From contig JASUTF010000003.1 in the NCBI GenBank assembly GCA_030445695.1, positions 1-47,787 on the forward strand: DNA of 47,787 nt. Direction: 5' to 3'. Below, piece by piece: positions 16,463 to 26,099 of the stretch. The DNA is from Candidatus Iainarchaeum sp. Lineage in GTDB: Archaea; Iainarchaeota; Iainarchaeia; JAADDC01. Position 1 is the first letter of the stretch, and every line of letters begins with the position of its first letter. Below the pieces are notes generated by a model. The model saw only the letters and a list, made by a program, of their open reading frames with translations. It ran no database searches and had not been told where the DNA came from. The translations under genes were made by a program, and so were the position numbers.

Positions 16463-17242
16463 ATGCCCACCGTAGTGGTATCCAAGAGGGACATGGCGTC
16501 CGTTCTCATCGGTGAATACTTAACGGAGAACTACTTCGAGAAAACGGACAAGACCTTTGGCAACTACCACGTCTTCAGATACAAAAACGCGGACCTCATA
16601 ATCATCGACACGGAGCACATATATGCGGACTGGCTGGAAGAAAAGTACCCGTCGGACCTCTACATCGTTGCATCTCGCCACTCCGCGGAGTCGGGGATTC
16701 CGTGCCTCACGGTGCACACAACGGGAAACTGGGGGGACGCCATGTATGGCGGCAAGAGCAGAACGCTGTCGAGGGCCCCCGCACAGCACATGCTCTCGGC
16801 GCTCCGCTACCTGAAGGAACACCCCCTCGAAGGATTCTCCGTCTCCTACGAGGTGACGCATCACGGCCCCACCACAGAAACCCCCATCATGTTCGTGGAG
16901 GTGGGGAGCACGGAAAACGAGTGGGGAAACGAGGAAGCGGCAGCGGTGGTGGCCGAGGCAATAATCGCCGGGCTCGAGCCGGAGAAGGTGCCGACCGCCA
17001 TAGGGGTGGGCGGCGGCCACTACGCACCCCGCTTCACCGAGATAGCCCTGAAGAAGAGTATAGCGTTCGGCCACATGGCACCGAGATACGCCTTCGACTA
17101 TTTGGACGAGTACATGCTTCGTCAGGCGGTGGAAAAGACCGTCCCGAGGCCGGAGTACTACGCGATGCACGGGGTGAGCGAAGAGGTAAAGGAGACATTG
17201 GAGGAAATAGTGGAGGAATACGGTCTGCAGAGGATCAGGTGA
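16463..17242 (+). CDS. dtdA: D-aminoacyl-tRNA deacylase, archaeal DTD2 type
   Basis: ASRHSAESGIPCLTVHTTGNWG, SYEVTHHGPT, GVGGGHYAPRF and IAFGHMAPRYA match the DTD2 signature blocks. 259 aa. Confidence 0.88.
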   Translation: MPTVVVSKRDMASVLIGEYLTENYFEKTDKTFGNYHVFRYKNADLIIIDTEHIYADWLEEKYPSDLYIVASRHSAESGIPCLTVHTTGNWGDAMYGGKSRTLSRAPAQHMLSALRYLKEHPLEGFSVSYEVTHHGPTTETPIMFVEVGSTENEWGNEEAAAVVAEAIIAGLEPEKVPTAIGVGGGHYAPRFTEIALKKSIAFGHMAPRYAFDYLDEYMLRQAVEKTVPRPEYYAMHGVSEEVKETLEEIVEEYGLQRIR

Positions 17243-18617
17243 GCTGTTCCCCTATAACCTCGTCGAGCTCTCTTAGGAACTCCTCCTCCGCTCCCCTTGG
17301 TATCCTTGCACCGGCTGCGGGCCGGTGGCCGCCCGCCTCTCCGCCCACGTGGGCAGCTGCCCTCCTCATGGCCTCCGCCAGATCCAGACCCTTGCGCACA
17401 AGGGAAGAACTGGCACGGGCAGACACCTTGACGAAGCCCTCTTCCTCATACGCCATGCCCACTATGGGCCGGTCAGGCGGGACGATACCGGAACCGTAGA
17501 CCATGCCCGCCACGATGCCCACGAGGGACGCCGGAATGAAGGAACGGGCGTGGAAGAAGTAAAAGTTTCCGTAATCCTCTATGCCGTACTTCTCCACCCA
17601 CTCTATTCCCCTACGCAGGGCCTCCCTGTGCTCGTGCAGAAGTTTGAGCGCCTCTGAATACCAGCGGTCGCGGTCGCCCATGGCAACGTGAACGCCGACC
17701 TCCGGGCGTCCATGCCGTCCACAGGCGTTGAGGAGCGTAGCGTACTCCCGGACGTCACGCAGGGGGGAGTGCAGATCCTCGTCCGTGAGCTCGTACACCT
17801 CGCCTATGAGCTTGGCGATTTTTTCCTCGCTCCAACCGGCACGGGAGAGGTAGAGGGCAAGTTCCGTGAAGAGATGTCTTTTCTCCTCCTCGTTCAGATC
17901 CACATATGATATCCAGACGCCCTCGCGCACGTATTCTATCCCTGCACGGCGGAGAAGGTCAAAGACGGCGTCCTCGTTCGCCGTCAGCCCGGGAAGCACG
18001 GGATCAGACGAGTAGACGAACATGTAAGGCAGCGGCCTCGATGCCCTGCCGTAGAGCGCCAGATCCCTGTATGCGAATACCTTTCCGGAAGCGATGGCAT
18101 CCCTTAGAACAACATCACGGTTGTAGCCGGTTAGGGCGCCCCGCACGAGCTGCACGTCGCCCACCGCACCGACCACCGCAACGGGTGCAAGGGAGATGTC
18201 GCCGGTGAGCACCCTGGCGAGGGCGTATGCCACGCCTGCCCCGCTGATCTCATGGGCCCCGTCCAGGCCGAAGAAGTGGGGGTGCAGAAGAAGGGGGTAG
18301 TCCTCCCCTTTCGGTATCTGGTGGTGATCCAGAACCACGAAGGGCTTCCCGAAACTGCGACGGAGCGTGGGGAGCTGGCCCACGCCGAGGTCCGCAAAGA
18401 TGAAATGCTCCCCCATGTCCTGGATACGCTCGATGTCGTCGGTGTAGAGCTGCTTGAGGTTGATAAAACGCACTTCCTTACCCATCTGCTCCAGGGCGGA
18501 GACGAGGATGGCCGTGGATGTGATACCGTCCGCGTCGTAGTGCCCCACCACAACAACGTCGTCCCAGCCACGCACAACGTTCGCTATCCTCTTTGCCAGT
18601 TCCAGAAAGCCGTCCAC
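17235..18617 (-). CDS. DHH/DHHA1 phosphoesterase, archaeal RecJ/Cdc45-like nuclease (GAN/HAN family)
   Basis: VVVGHYDADGITS (motif I/II), VVLDHHQIP (DHH) and GGEAGGHRPAAGARI (DHHA1 GGH). 460 aa. Confidence 0.8.
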   Translation of the reverse strand: MDGFLELAKRIANVVRGWDDVVVVGHYDADGITSTAILVSALEQMGKEVRFINLKQLYTDDIERIQDMGEHFIFADLGVGQLPTLRRSFGKPFVVLDHHQIPKGEDYPLLLHPHFFGLDGAHEISGAGVAYALARVLTGDISLAPVAVVGAVGDVQLVRGALTGYNRDVVLRDAIASGKVFAYRDLALYGRASRPLPYMFVYSSDPVLPGLTANEDAVFDLLRRAGIEYVREGVWISYVDLNEEEKRHLFTELALYLSRAGWSEEKIAKLIGEVYELTDEDLHSPLRDVREYATLLNACGRHGRPEVGVHVAMGDRDRWYSEALKLLHEHREALRRGIEWVEKYGIEDYGNFYFFHARSFIPASLVGIVAGMVYGSGIVPPDRPIVGMAYEEEGFVKVSARASSSLVRKGLDLAEAMRRAAAHVGGEAGGHRPAAGARIPRGAEEEFLRELDEVIGEQLT

Positions 18618-18668
18618 AATCTTCCATGAGTGGAAGGTTTTAAGGTTGAGACGCGTATTTTATTGGGG

Positions 18669-18932
18669 ATGCATATGAAGGCAAGTGAAGAGGTTATCAA
18701 GACCCTGGAAATGCTTAAGTCGGCCGGTTTCGAGCCCGTAGACGCCATATTCAAGGGCATGATCACGGTCATGAATAAGAGCCAGCTCGAATGGATCCAG
18801 GGGCTGGCGGACGCGAAGGAGGCCGTGGGCACGATCACCATCATATACAAGACGCCGGACGGAGACGTCAGGACCATAGAAATACCTGTGGGCGAAATAC
18901 CCGGGGAGGAAGAGGAGGGTGGATCTCAGTAA
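18669..18932 (+). CDS. small hypothetical protein
   Basis: ATG 18669 (MHMKASEEVIKTLEML...) within track ORF 18630-18932. A TATA-like gttttaagg lies about 28 nt upstream. Confidence 0.45.
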   Translation: MHMKASEEVIKTLEMLKSAGFEPVDAIFKGMITVMNKSQLEWIQGLADAKEAVGTITIIYKTPDGDVRTIEIPVGEIPGEEEEGGSQ

Positions 18933-19482
18933 AGTGAAAACACCCATGGTATACTTCGTCGTGGGGGTCCTCGTCACGGCCCCCGTTTTCTACGCCCTCG
19001 GCTACTCCATAGCAGAGGCGGGCATGGAAAGGTCAGTGGAGTCGCTTCAGACCAAATACGATCTGGCAAAAAAGGCACTGGAGGCGGAGATAGCAAAGAA
19101 CAGGGATCTGGAGAGCAGGGTGGTACATCTGGAGACAACGGTGCGTAACCTTTCAAGGATTCTGGACACGGTCTATGACGCAGTCAGGGACGTGAAGGTG
19201 AGCGGGCAGTATGACGGAATAGACGTGGAGGCACAGGCGCTCTACATCGTGGGGAGCCGCTTTTGCATTGAGATCACCATGAAGAACACCACTGACCTTC
19301 AGAAAACGTTCACGCTGGGTATCTCCGGACAGGGCGTCGAGGGGGACCAGAAAGAGACAACGCTCTACGCGGGGGAGCGGAGGAAGGTGGACGTCTGCGG
19401 GACCCTTAAGGACATCGCCGCGGAAGCGACCATCGTTATGGATGGCAGCCCCGTCGTCAGGACGGTACTGGTGGCGGAATGA
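18919..19482 (+). CDS. membrane-anchored coiled-coil protein, unknown function
   Basis: 187 aa with an N-terminal TM segment (MVYFVVGVLVTAPVFYALGY), a coiled-coil segment and a beta-rich C-terminus. Confidence 0.5.
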   Translation: MDLSKVKTPMVYFVVGVLVTAPVFYALGYSIAEAGMERSVESLQTKYDLAKKALEAEIAKNRDLESRVVHLETTVRNLSRILDTVYDAVRDVKVSGQYDGIDVEAQALYIVGSRFCIEITMKNTTDLQKTFTLGISGQGVEGDQKETTLYAGERRKVDVCGTLKDIAAEATIVMDGSPVVRTVLVAE

Positions 19483-19900
19483 TCTGCTCGCAGGAGTAGA
19501 GGATTTCTACGCGGAACGGGACATAGCCCACCGCGCAGCTGCGCACTTTATCACAAACGGACCTGCACACGTGGTACCCGCCAATCATCACCGCGAAGGC
19601 GAGCAGCAGGAAGATCACGAGGAAAACAGCGAACACGTTCTTCCTAGGATGTTTTCCCTCACCGAACCACGCCCACTTCTCTTTCTCCCAGAGCTGCTCG
19701 AGGATAAGGGCCACGGGCACGGACAGAATAAAGACAAGGAGATCGCTTCCGACAAGCAGGACCTTCCCGTCCTGCCGGAAGACCTGAACGAAAGGTGTCC
19801 CCAGCCCCCAGAGCTCAAGCGCTATGAGGAGAAGATCAAGCGAAAGAAACACCAGCACAAGAAGAGATATCAGCGTGATAACCCTGTCCTTACGCATCAC
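19457..19900 (-). CDS. small polytopic membrane protein, unknown function
   Basis: 147 aa with 3-4 hydrophobic helices. There is a 4-nt overlap with the upstream AMMECR1 gene. Confidence 0.5.
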   Translation of the reverse strand: MMRKDRVITLISLLVLVFLSLDLLLIALELWGLGTPFVQVFRQDGKVLLVGSDLLVFILSVPVALILEQLWEKEKWAWFGEGKHPRKNVFAVFLVIFLLLAFAVMIGGYHVCRSVCDKVRSCAVGYVPFRVEILYSCEQIIPPPVPS

Positions 19901-20496
19901 ATCACCCTCTTGACTTTACCGCCGGGACTCTCCTCGGCAAATACCTCTGCCTGAAACACATATATATCCGTATCGGGCCACATCCACGCATCCGGTGGAA
20001 GACCCGATTTCAGAGCGGTGTATGCGAGGAATTCCTCCGCGTTCCAGCCCTCCTCCACGGGCACCTGGGGCAGCAGAAGCCCCGAATACGGCCCGTAGCG
20101 GACTATCAGGCCGTCACGTCCCACCTTTATGTGCTTCGGGAGCTCTTCCTTGGGTGCGTCGAGCTTTTTGGGCGGGGTAAGGGCGCTCACCTCAATAACC
20201 ACGGAGTCCAGTTCGTCCCCCGTCATGGGTGGAAAGCGAGGGTCGTCCGTGGCGGCAAGGACCGCCGTCTCCGCAACTGCCTCGTATAGCGGCTTTATGG
20301 GCTCGGGGTAGCCGATGCAGCCCCGGAGTCGAAGATCTGGGTACGTTTTGATGGTTGTAAAGACGCCCGACGGCTTTCTCAGCTTATCCGTGGGCGGTTC
20401 GAAATACTCCACGTTCCCCGTCTCGAAAAACCGCTCCAAGACGTGGCGGGCAGTTCTTACCAGCCACTCCCCCTCCGAGTCGTCAAAGTATGCCAC
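19897..20496 (-). CDS. AMMECR1-domain protein
   Basis: LRLRGCIGYPEP motif and PRFPPM. 199 aa. Confidence 0.85.
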   Translation of the reverse strand: MAYFDDSEGEWLVRTARHVLERFFETGNVEYFEPPTDKLRKPSGVFTTIKTYPDLRLRGCIGYPEPIKPLYEAVAETAVLAATDDPRFPPMTGDELDSVVIEVSALTPPKKLDAPKEELPKHIKVGRDGLIVRYGPYSGLLLPQVPVEEGWNAEEFLAYTALKSGLPPDAWMWPDTDIYVFQAEVFAEESPGGKVKRVM

Positions 20497-20526
20497 GTAT
20501 AAAAGGAGGTCGAACAGAGTTTAAAC

Positions 20527-20940
20527 ATGGACCCCGTCCTGCGAACGGTCACCGATCTCCGCCGCCTGAGATCTGAGGTAGACAACCCCTTCGACAGGGA
20601 GAAGGTTGTGGAATACTTCTGCAAGCTGGCGGATGAAATGGGGTTCAAGGCGGTCAGGAACCTGCGGTGGAGTGGGGTGCGGCTGGACTGCGGCTGGAAA
20701 GACGGTCAGGACCTTTTCCTGGCAATGAACGTGGAATATGGAAGCGAGAGGGAGATACTGGGCGCCATGGCAGAAATCGTGGTGGCATCGCCGGAGGTGG
20801 GGGTGCTTGTAACCGCCAGCAACCCGCTAAAGCCAATAACATGGATACTGGACGCTGCAAAGCGGTTGGGCCCCTCCTTCGACCTGGCGATACTGGACGT
20901 GGGCAGGGGACGCTTCGAAATCTTGAGGGGAGAAAAGTGA
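20527..20940 (+). CDS. hypothetical protein (137 aa)
   Basis: The ORF has good coding character but I recognise no motif. Confidence 0.5.
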   Translation: MDPVLRTVTDLRRLRSEVDNPFDREKVVEYFCKLADEMGFKAVRNLRWSGVRLDCGWKDGQDLFLAMNVEYGSEREILGAMAEIVVASPEVGVLVTASNPLKPITWILDAAKRLGPSFDLAILDVGRGRFEILRGEK

Positions 20941-21221
20941 AAGCGCAGGACGCAGCAAGGTATATGGCTTCGGTAATCCTCGGGGCAGCGCTGGCGCTAA
21001 TACCAAATCAGGCGATACTATCGTTCGTAACGGGAATCGTACTGGCATTCATCGCTCAGGGAAAAATGGCATCCATCGAGGGGCGCCTGTTCTCATCCAG
21101 CTACCTGCTCATCTACGTGATCCAGCCACGGACCGTCCACGTTCCTTTCCTGATCGCCGGGGTGCTGCTTGCGTGGATCATTTGTAGAGCGATGCGAGGT
21201 TCCTCACGGCCTTCTCGATGA
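20937..21221 (+). CDS. small membrane protein (tentative)
   Basis: GTG 20937 overlaps the preceding stop; an alternative ATG lies at 20964. Three hydrophobic segments. This is the in-frame tail of track ORF 20667-21221. Confidence 0.3.
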   Translation: MKAQDAARYMASVILGAALALIPNQAILSFVTGIVLAFIAQGKMASIEGRLFSSSYLLIYVIQPRTVHVPFLIAGVLLAWIICRAMRGSSRPSR

Positions 21222-21681
21222 GCTGTTTGGAGGAAAGGATCTGCTCAAAGACCGACTCGACAAACGCCGCGGGGTCAGCGTAGGACGACTCGAAGCCCTT
21301 GGCAAAGCGGTAATTGCCTCCTCGAACCTTCGTTTTCTCTATGATCCCTGCGGCTTCCAGACGGCGCAGATGGTACCTTATTGCCTCCATCACCACGGGC
21401 TTTTCCCCACGCTCCTGACGCCGGCGGTTAACAAACACGTGTATCTGCTCAACGCTGGGTTCCACATCCTTCCCGTGGATGTAGTAAAAGATCGCGTCCA
21501 GAACGTCTATAACCGCGTCCCTCTCATCTCCGGGCGATATAAGACCGAGAGAAAGCGCAACCCATCGGAGCAACTGCCTGCGCCTGGACAGGATTTCAGG
21601 GGGTAGTTCAAGGAGGCGGATGGTCCATTCCCTGCGAACGAGAGCTGCCTCGGGGTGGACATTTTTTGAACGCTTATACAT
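21178..21681 (-). CDS. winged-helix DNA-binding protein, unknown function
   Basis: MEAIRYHLRRLEAAGIIEKTKVRGGNYRF is a typical wHTH recognition helix plus wing. The start is set at ATG 21681 (MYKRSKN); the track start at 21723 is a TTG. Confidence 0.55.
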   Translation of the reverse strand: MYKRSKNVHPEAALVRREWTIRLLELPPEILSRRRQLLRWVALSLGLISPGDERDAVIDVLDAIFYYIHGKDVEPSVEQIHVFVNRRRQERGEKPVVMEAIRYHLRRLEAAGIIEKTKVRGGNYRFAKGFESSYADPAAFVESVFEQILSSKQLIEKAVRNLASLYK

Positions 21682-21795
21682 AAACACCACTTCCAAACAT
21701 TCTTCTTTACAATACAAAAACAATGCTTGCGAAAACTATTTAAATGACCTTGACCTTATAGCCACGGGCGAGGGGGGCGAGGAGGATGAAAGGCC

Positions 21796-22008
21796 ATGAA
21801 GATACTGACGTGCGCGGTATGTGGTGTTCCTCTTCGCCCCGAGGAAGCGAGGAGATGTCAGGAGTGCGGCCACATCGTGTGCCGCAAGCACATAAGATAT
21901 CATAACGGAAAAGGGGTATGCGTAACGTGCCTTAGGAAAAAGCTCCACAAGGAGGCGGCACCGGCGCGGAGAGAACTAGAGCTCGAACTGGCAGTGATAC
22001 AGTTCTGA
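21796..22008 (+). CDS. small zinc-ribbon protein
   Basis: 70 aa with CAVCG...CQECGHIVC...CVTC. A GGAGG lies about 10 nt upstream of the ATG. Confidence 0.5.
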   Translation: MKILTCAVCGVPLRPEEARRCQECGHIVCRKHIRYHNGKGVCVTCLRKKLHKEAAPARRELELELAVIQF

Positions 22009-22034
22009 CATCATGCGCCTCACCTCTCGAGGCT

Positions 22035-22065
22035 CTGGAGGGCGAGGGCCAACCCTCCCCTCCAG
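22035..22065 (+). terminator. GC-rich hairpin (about 13-bp stem with one bulge, loop ccaa) followed about 20 nt later by a T5 run
   Basis: ctggagggcgaggg-ccaa-ccctcccctccag, read directly. It lies 27 nt after the stop of the zinc-ribbon gene. Confidence 0.3.
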
Positions 22066-22116
22066 ATATTCACCACTGCGGTCAGCTTTTTATTATAGTT
22101 AAACCATGTATTAGCG

Positions 22117-22470
22117 ATGGTGAGAATATCCACGATGTTCGTCCCCTACAAGCTGGTTCTTGCAGAGCGGAAGCCGGTTGTCCTTGAGGTAACCGTAAAG
22201 AACACGGCGCAGGAGCCCAAGCTTATGTCCATTATAGTTGAAGTGCCTTACGACCTCTCCCTGAACTCAGGGGGCTATATAAGGCGTCAGGAGCAGCGTC
22301 TTGGAACGCTAAAGCCGGGGGAGGAAAGAAAGGTTAACTTCAACATATTTGCAAAGCCCACGACCCTGCCGGGCACCTACGAGATCACGATCACAGCAGT
22401 GGAGCACATGGATGACTATGACTATATAGCCAGAGAGACAAAGAAGACGGTGACACTGCGGGTGGTTTGA
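22117..22470 (+). CDS. beta-sandwich (CARDB/NEW3-like) protein without an obvious signal peptide
   Basis: 117 aa. LEVTVKNTAQEP...LKPGEERKVNFNIFAKPTTLPGTYEITITA is the usual Ig-like/CARDB pattern. Confidence 0.5.
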   Translation: MVRISTMFVPYKLVLAERKPVVLEVTVKNTAQEPKLMSIIVEVPYDLSLNSGGYIRRQEQRLGTLKPGEERKVNFNIFAKPTTLPGTYEITITAVEHMDDYDYIARETKKTVTLRVV

Positions 22471-23168
22471 TGATAGACGAGCTCATTGCGAGGGCATTCC
22501 GGGTATGGAGGGAGAACACAGGCCTGCTCATAGCCGTCGGTATCCTTTCCTGGCTTGTACCCATCGCGTTCAGTTTTCTGCTCGTGGTAATCGCATCGCT
22601 GTTTGGTATAACCGACCCGGCAAACATACCCTACTGGGCGGTCATCATCACGTTCGTCGCGTCCTCTGCCCTCATGAATGCGGTTGCGATAAACGGGAAT
22701 TACGCGGTCAGGAAAAGGGTTGGAGACGTAAAGGAAATCACGCGACGGGCATTTGAACATTCTCTTGAGACGGCAACGGCAGTCCTTTTCACGGCATTCC
22801 CCGCAATAACGGGCGCCCTACTGGCACTGGTTGTAATAACGCTGCTCGGCGAGGCGTGGGCATGGTTGGCCACAGTCCTCTTCGTTGTGGGAGTCCTCGG
22901 ATCCGTTCTTGTCACGCTCATGCCATACTACGCGGCCGAGCACGGGTGGCAGAACGCCATGGAGCACGCCATGGACACGGGAAAGAAGATATACATAACA
23001 CTACTCCTGCTCAACCTCTTCTTCGGCCTGATATACATAACGATCGTCCTTCCCTTCGACCCCGAAACAGCCAGCTTCATACTGATAGCAGTGGACACGC
23101 TGTTCCTCATGCACCTGCGGCATCAGACGTTCTTCGAGGTTCTAGATTCGGTATCGGGCCGCGAATGA
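22467..23168 (+). CDS. polytopic membrane protein, unknown function
   Basis: 233 aa with 5-6 TM helices. There is a 4-nt overlap with the preceding beta-sandwich gene. Confidence 0.6.
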   Translation: MMIDELIARAFRVWRENTGLLIAVGILSWLVPIAFSFLLVVIASLFGITDPANIPYWAVIITFVASSALMNAVAINGNYAVRKRVGDVKEITRRAFEHSLETATAVLFTAFPAITGALLALVVITLLGEAWAWLATVLFVVGVLGSVLVTLMPYYAAEHGWQNAMEHAMDTGKKIYITLLLLNLFFGLIYITIVLPFDPETASFILIAVDTLFLMHLRHQTFFEVLDSVSGRE

Positions 23169-24141
23169 CGGGGTCAATGTCCATTCCTTCTCTCTTGTTC
23201 TTCAACACGACAATGCGGGACGCCTCGTGCTCGTCCATGTACTCGAACCCGTCCAGGCGTTCCTCAAGACCCCTGGCCCACTCCTTGATGTATTCGTGCG
23301 TTGGCATGTTCTCCTCCTTCAAGCGCTGGCGGGAACGGCCGATATACATGTACGCCTTGACCTCGACGAAGTGAGGATTGTAACGATTGATTAGTTCAAC
23401 CCACTCGTCGTAGCAGCAATCGTTGTAGCCCTTTATGAGGGTGATTCTTGCCACCTTGCGCACGGGAGCATCTGATAGTATGTCCAGCGTTCTAAGGAAG
23501 CGCTGCCACGCGTCCTTGTGTATTGGGTGGGATACCTTCCGGTAAATCTCCTCGTTGGGTGCGGTGAAGGAAACGTAGAACTGCGTGGGCCAGACGCCCA
23601 TATCCTTCATGCGCTGGACCTCTTCCGGCACCTGGCCGTTCGTGACGACGAAAATACTCTTGATCCATGGCCAGTGCTCGCGAAGGTATTTAATGCTCTC
23701 GGGAACGTAAGGATAGAGTAAAGGTTCGCCCATGAGAGAAAACGTCACGTGGTTTGGCAGGAGTGCCTCCTTATACTTCTCCGGGTCCACCTTGGGGTTC
23801 CCGCCGAAGCCCGAAAGGAGTTTGATCCTATACTCGCGCAGTTTCTCCAGAGTGACCTCAGGCGGGTCTACCTGGTCCTTCGGGAGCATGTTCGCGCCGG
23901 GCATGAAGTCCTCGTTGGCGCGCCAGCAGTAAATACATCTATTGGTGCACCACGCCACCGCCTGGCTTATCTGCATGCACCTGTGTGTATCAATACCGTA
24001 GAACTTGTTCTTGTAGCAGTATTCACCCTCTGTAAGCGCCTTCTTCGTCCATGTGCAGATCTCCACGCCGGAATGGTGGTATATTCTGTAGCCCGCGTCC
24101 TCAAGGGCCTTTCTTATGTCCTCTCGAACCTCCAACACCAT
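23107..24141 (-). CDS. taw1: radical-SAM tRNA 4-demethylwyosine synthase Taw1/TYW1
   Basis: 344 aa with the CTNRCIYCWR (CxxxCxxC) radical-SAM cluster motif, overall Taw1 length and an N-terminal auxiliary Cys. Confidence 0.85.
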   Translation of the reverse strand: MVLEVREDIRKALEDAGYRIYHHSGVEICTWTKKALTEGEYCYKNKFYGIDTHRCMQISQAVAWCTNRCIYCWRANEDFMPGANMLPKDQVDPPEVTLEKLREYRIKLLSGFGGNPKVDPEKYKEALLPNHVTFSLMGEPLLYPYVPESIKYLREHWPWIKSIFVVTNGQVPEEVQRMKDMGVWPTQFYVSFTAPNEEIYRKVSHPIHKDAWQRFLRTLDILSDAPVRKVARITLIKGYNDCCYDEWVELINRYNPHFVEVKAYMYIGRSRQRLKEENMPTHEYIKEWARGLEERLDGFEYMDEHEASRIVVLKNKREGMDIDPVIRGPIPNLEPRRTSDAAGA

Positions 24142-24144
24142 GCA

Positions 24145-25344
24145 TCAATCTGGATACAACGTTGTTAAAGCGTTTAGCAGGAACTCCTTGGAGCGTTCTA
24201 TTCTCTTTTCTGTCCTCCCGTCGAAGGGGTATTTCGTTTTTCCGTTCAGGAAGACGTGCGTCACCAGATCGGAGTGCCCGTTAAACACGAGGTTCGCAAG
24301 CACGTTCCTCTCCGTCACAGGGAAGAAACGCAGGCCGGAAACGTCCACAAGCATCCAGCCGGGACCCCTCGCCGCGGAGAGCACCTCCTGAACAGGGGCG
24401 ACGGTGGCGTCCCAGTATCTGTCCTTTGCACTCAGGGCAGCCATTCGCATCTCCATGAACAGGTCCTGTGTGTTATTACTCACCTGCGAGTCCGTGCCGA
24501 GGAGTATTCGTATGCCCCTTTCCCTTGCCTCTCTCCAGGGGAAGAAGCCGTGCGTGGCGAGCTTTGCGTTGGAAACTGGGCAGTGAACAAGGGCAGCGCC
24601 TCGTCTCGCGATCAGGTCCAGTTCACCCTTGGTCAGCCAGCCACCGTGCACTAAAGTTGTTTTCTCGTCGAGAGGAACGTGTTCGTCCACGTATTCTGCA
24701 GGGTATTTCCCGTACTTCCGCTTTATGTCCACCACTTCCTCCCTCGTCTCCGAAACGTGGATCTGGTGCGGTACATCGTACTTCTCCTTCAGTTCTGCCA
24801 CCGTCTCCAACGTTTCAGGCGAGCACGTGTAAGGGGCGTGGGAGAAGATTGTAGGTATTGTGTGTTTCCACCTCTTCCTAAAGAACGATTCGGCGGAGGC
24901 GACGCGGTCCCCCATCTTGTGGTCGTCCACGAAGACAGGGCCCACGTAGTAGGGCAGTCCGAACTCATCCACCGCATTTGCGGTCTCCTCGTAGAAGAAG
25001 TACATGGAGATGGCAGAGGTCACGCCACCGCGAAGGTTCTCCGCGATGGAAACGACTGACGCGTGGTAGACGATTTCCGGGGTCAGTCGCTCCTCAACCT
25101 TCCAGACGCCGCTCAGCCATTCGTGGAAGTACTGGTCCTCGTGGTTCCCGCGCATGACAATCATGGGTAAATGCGTGTGTGCGTTGAAGAATGCGGGCAA
25201 GAGTATTTTTCCTCTCCCGTCAACCACAACGTCCGATTTATCCGTTCCGATTGCTGCGTTGTTCTCTTCATCAATAACAACGTTCGTATTCTCCCGAAGT
25301 TTTTCTCCGTCGTAAAAGAAGCGTGCGTTCTTAACGAGAATCAT
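24145..25344 (-). CDS. mtaD: amidohydrolase, 5-methylthioadenosine/S-adenosylhomocysteine deaminase family
   Basis: FFNAHTHLPM (HxH), HVSETREEV, VHCPVSNAKL and LGTDS. 399 aa. Confidence 0.78.
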   Translation of the reverse strand: MILVKNARFFYDGEKLRENTNVVIDEENNAAIGTDKSDVVVDGRGKILLPAFFNAHTHLPMIVMRGNHEDQYFHEWLSGVWKVEERLTPEIVYHASVVSIAENLRGGVTSAISMYFFYEETANAVDEFGLPYYVGPVFVDDHKMGDRVASAESFFRKRWKHTIPTIFSHAPYTCSPETLETVAELKEKYDVPHQIHVSETREEVVDIKRKYGKYPAEYVDEHVPLDEKTTLVHGGWLTKGELDLIARRGAALVHCPVSNAKLATHGFFPWREARERGIRILLGTDSQVSNNTQDLFMEMRMAALSAKDRYWDATVAPVQEVLSAARGPGWMLVDVSGLRFFPVTERNVLANLVFNGHSDLVTHVFLNGKTKYPFDGRTEKRIERSKEFLLNALTTLYPD

Positions 25345-25995
25345 TCACACCACCTCATCGATTATGAAACGTTTTCCTTCAACGTGACCTGTTACATCCA
25401 GCTCGTATAAGGGTGTTTTGACCACGAACGTCTCGTATTCTCCGCCTTCGCCGGCGGGGTTGAATGAATGTTTTTCGGCGAGGGCGATGAGTTCGTCCAC
25501 GTTCTCCTTCGTTATCCTCCGCCCGAGCCACGACTCATCCAGACCCCCCGCGGCTACACGCGTGATTATGAACTCGAAACCGTCTCGCGTGAGTTTCTTC
25601 AAATACGCCTTCGGCTCCAGATGCCAGAGTGGCGTATGAACCCTAAGTCCCAAGTCCTTTGCCACGTAGTTGAACCGCACACGCTGGTAGTCCGACGCGA
25701 GGGCGCCCACCACTACCCACTCAATGCCATAATCGTCAATTCCTTTTTCCAGAACCCGCCGCAGTGCATCCAGCTCCGAATCCTCGCCGGAACTCGACTC
25801 TGCAACGATGGATGGGACGTTCAAGGCGTCTGCGTGTGCCGCGGCAAACACTACGTTCTCGTGCTGGACAACCATGGAATCAGACGGTGGGACGACAACG
25901 CCGGCCGCACGAACGTCAAAGCCCTGCCAGAGTGCAATGTGCATCGCGTAGACGGAGTCCTTTCCACCGGAGAGTAGGGCGATGGCAGGGCGCAT
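25345..25995 (-). CDS. PP-loop ATP pyrophosphatase of the MJ0570/Dph6 (diphthine-ammonia ligase) family
   Basis: LLSGGKDS PP-loop and GEGGEYETFV. 216 aa. Confidence 0.78.
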   Translation of the reverse strand: MRPAIALLSGGKDSVYAMHIALWQGFDVRAAGVVVPPSDSMVVQHENVVFAAAHADALNVPSIVAESSSGEDSELDALRRVLEKGIDDYGIEWVVVGALASDYQRVRFNYVAKDLGLRVHTPLWHLEPKAYLKKLTRDGFEFIITRVAAGGLDESWLGRRITKENVDELIALAEKHSFNPAGEGGEYETFVVKTPLYELDVTGHVEGKRFIIDEVV

Positions 25996-26099
25996 ACAGA
26001 AAGAAGCACGGTAACCATTAAGAACACATAAAGGATTCTTGTTGGGTGGGACTCGAATCCAGCACGCTCCGCTGGCTGCTCAGGAGACAGGTTCGAAGG

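Noticed and set aside
26041-26075. tRNA-like T-arm string (gggactcgaatcc) upstream of ORF 26100.
   Set aside because: The flanking bases do not form a T-stem, and I could not fold an acceptor or anticodon arm. The same applies to the ggtttcgaacc string at 3361-3371, which is just a simple hairpin.
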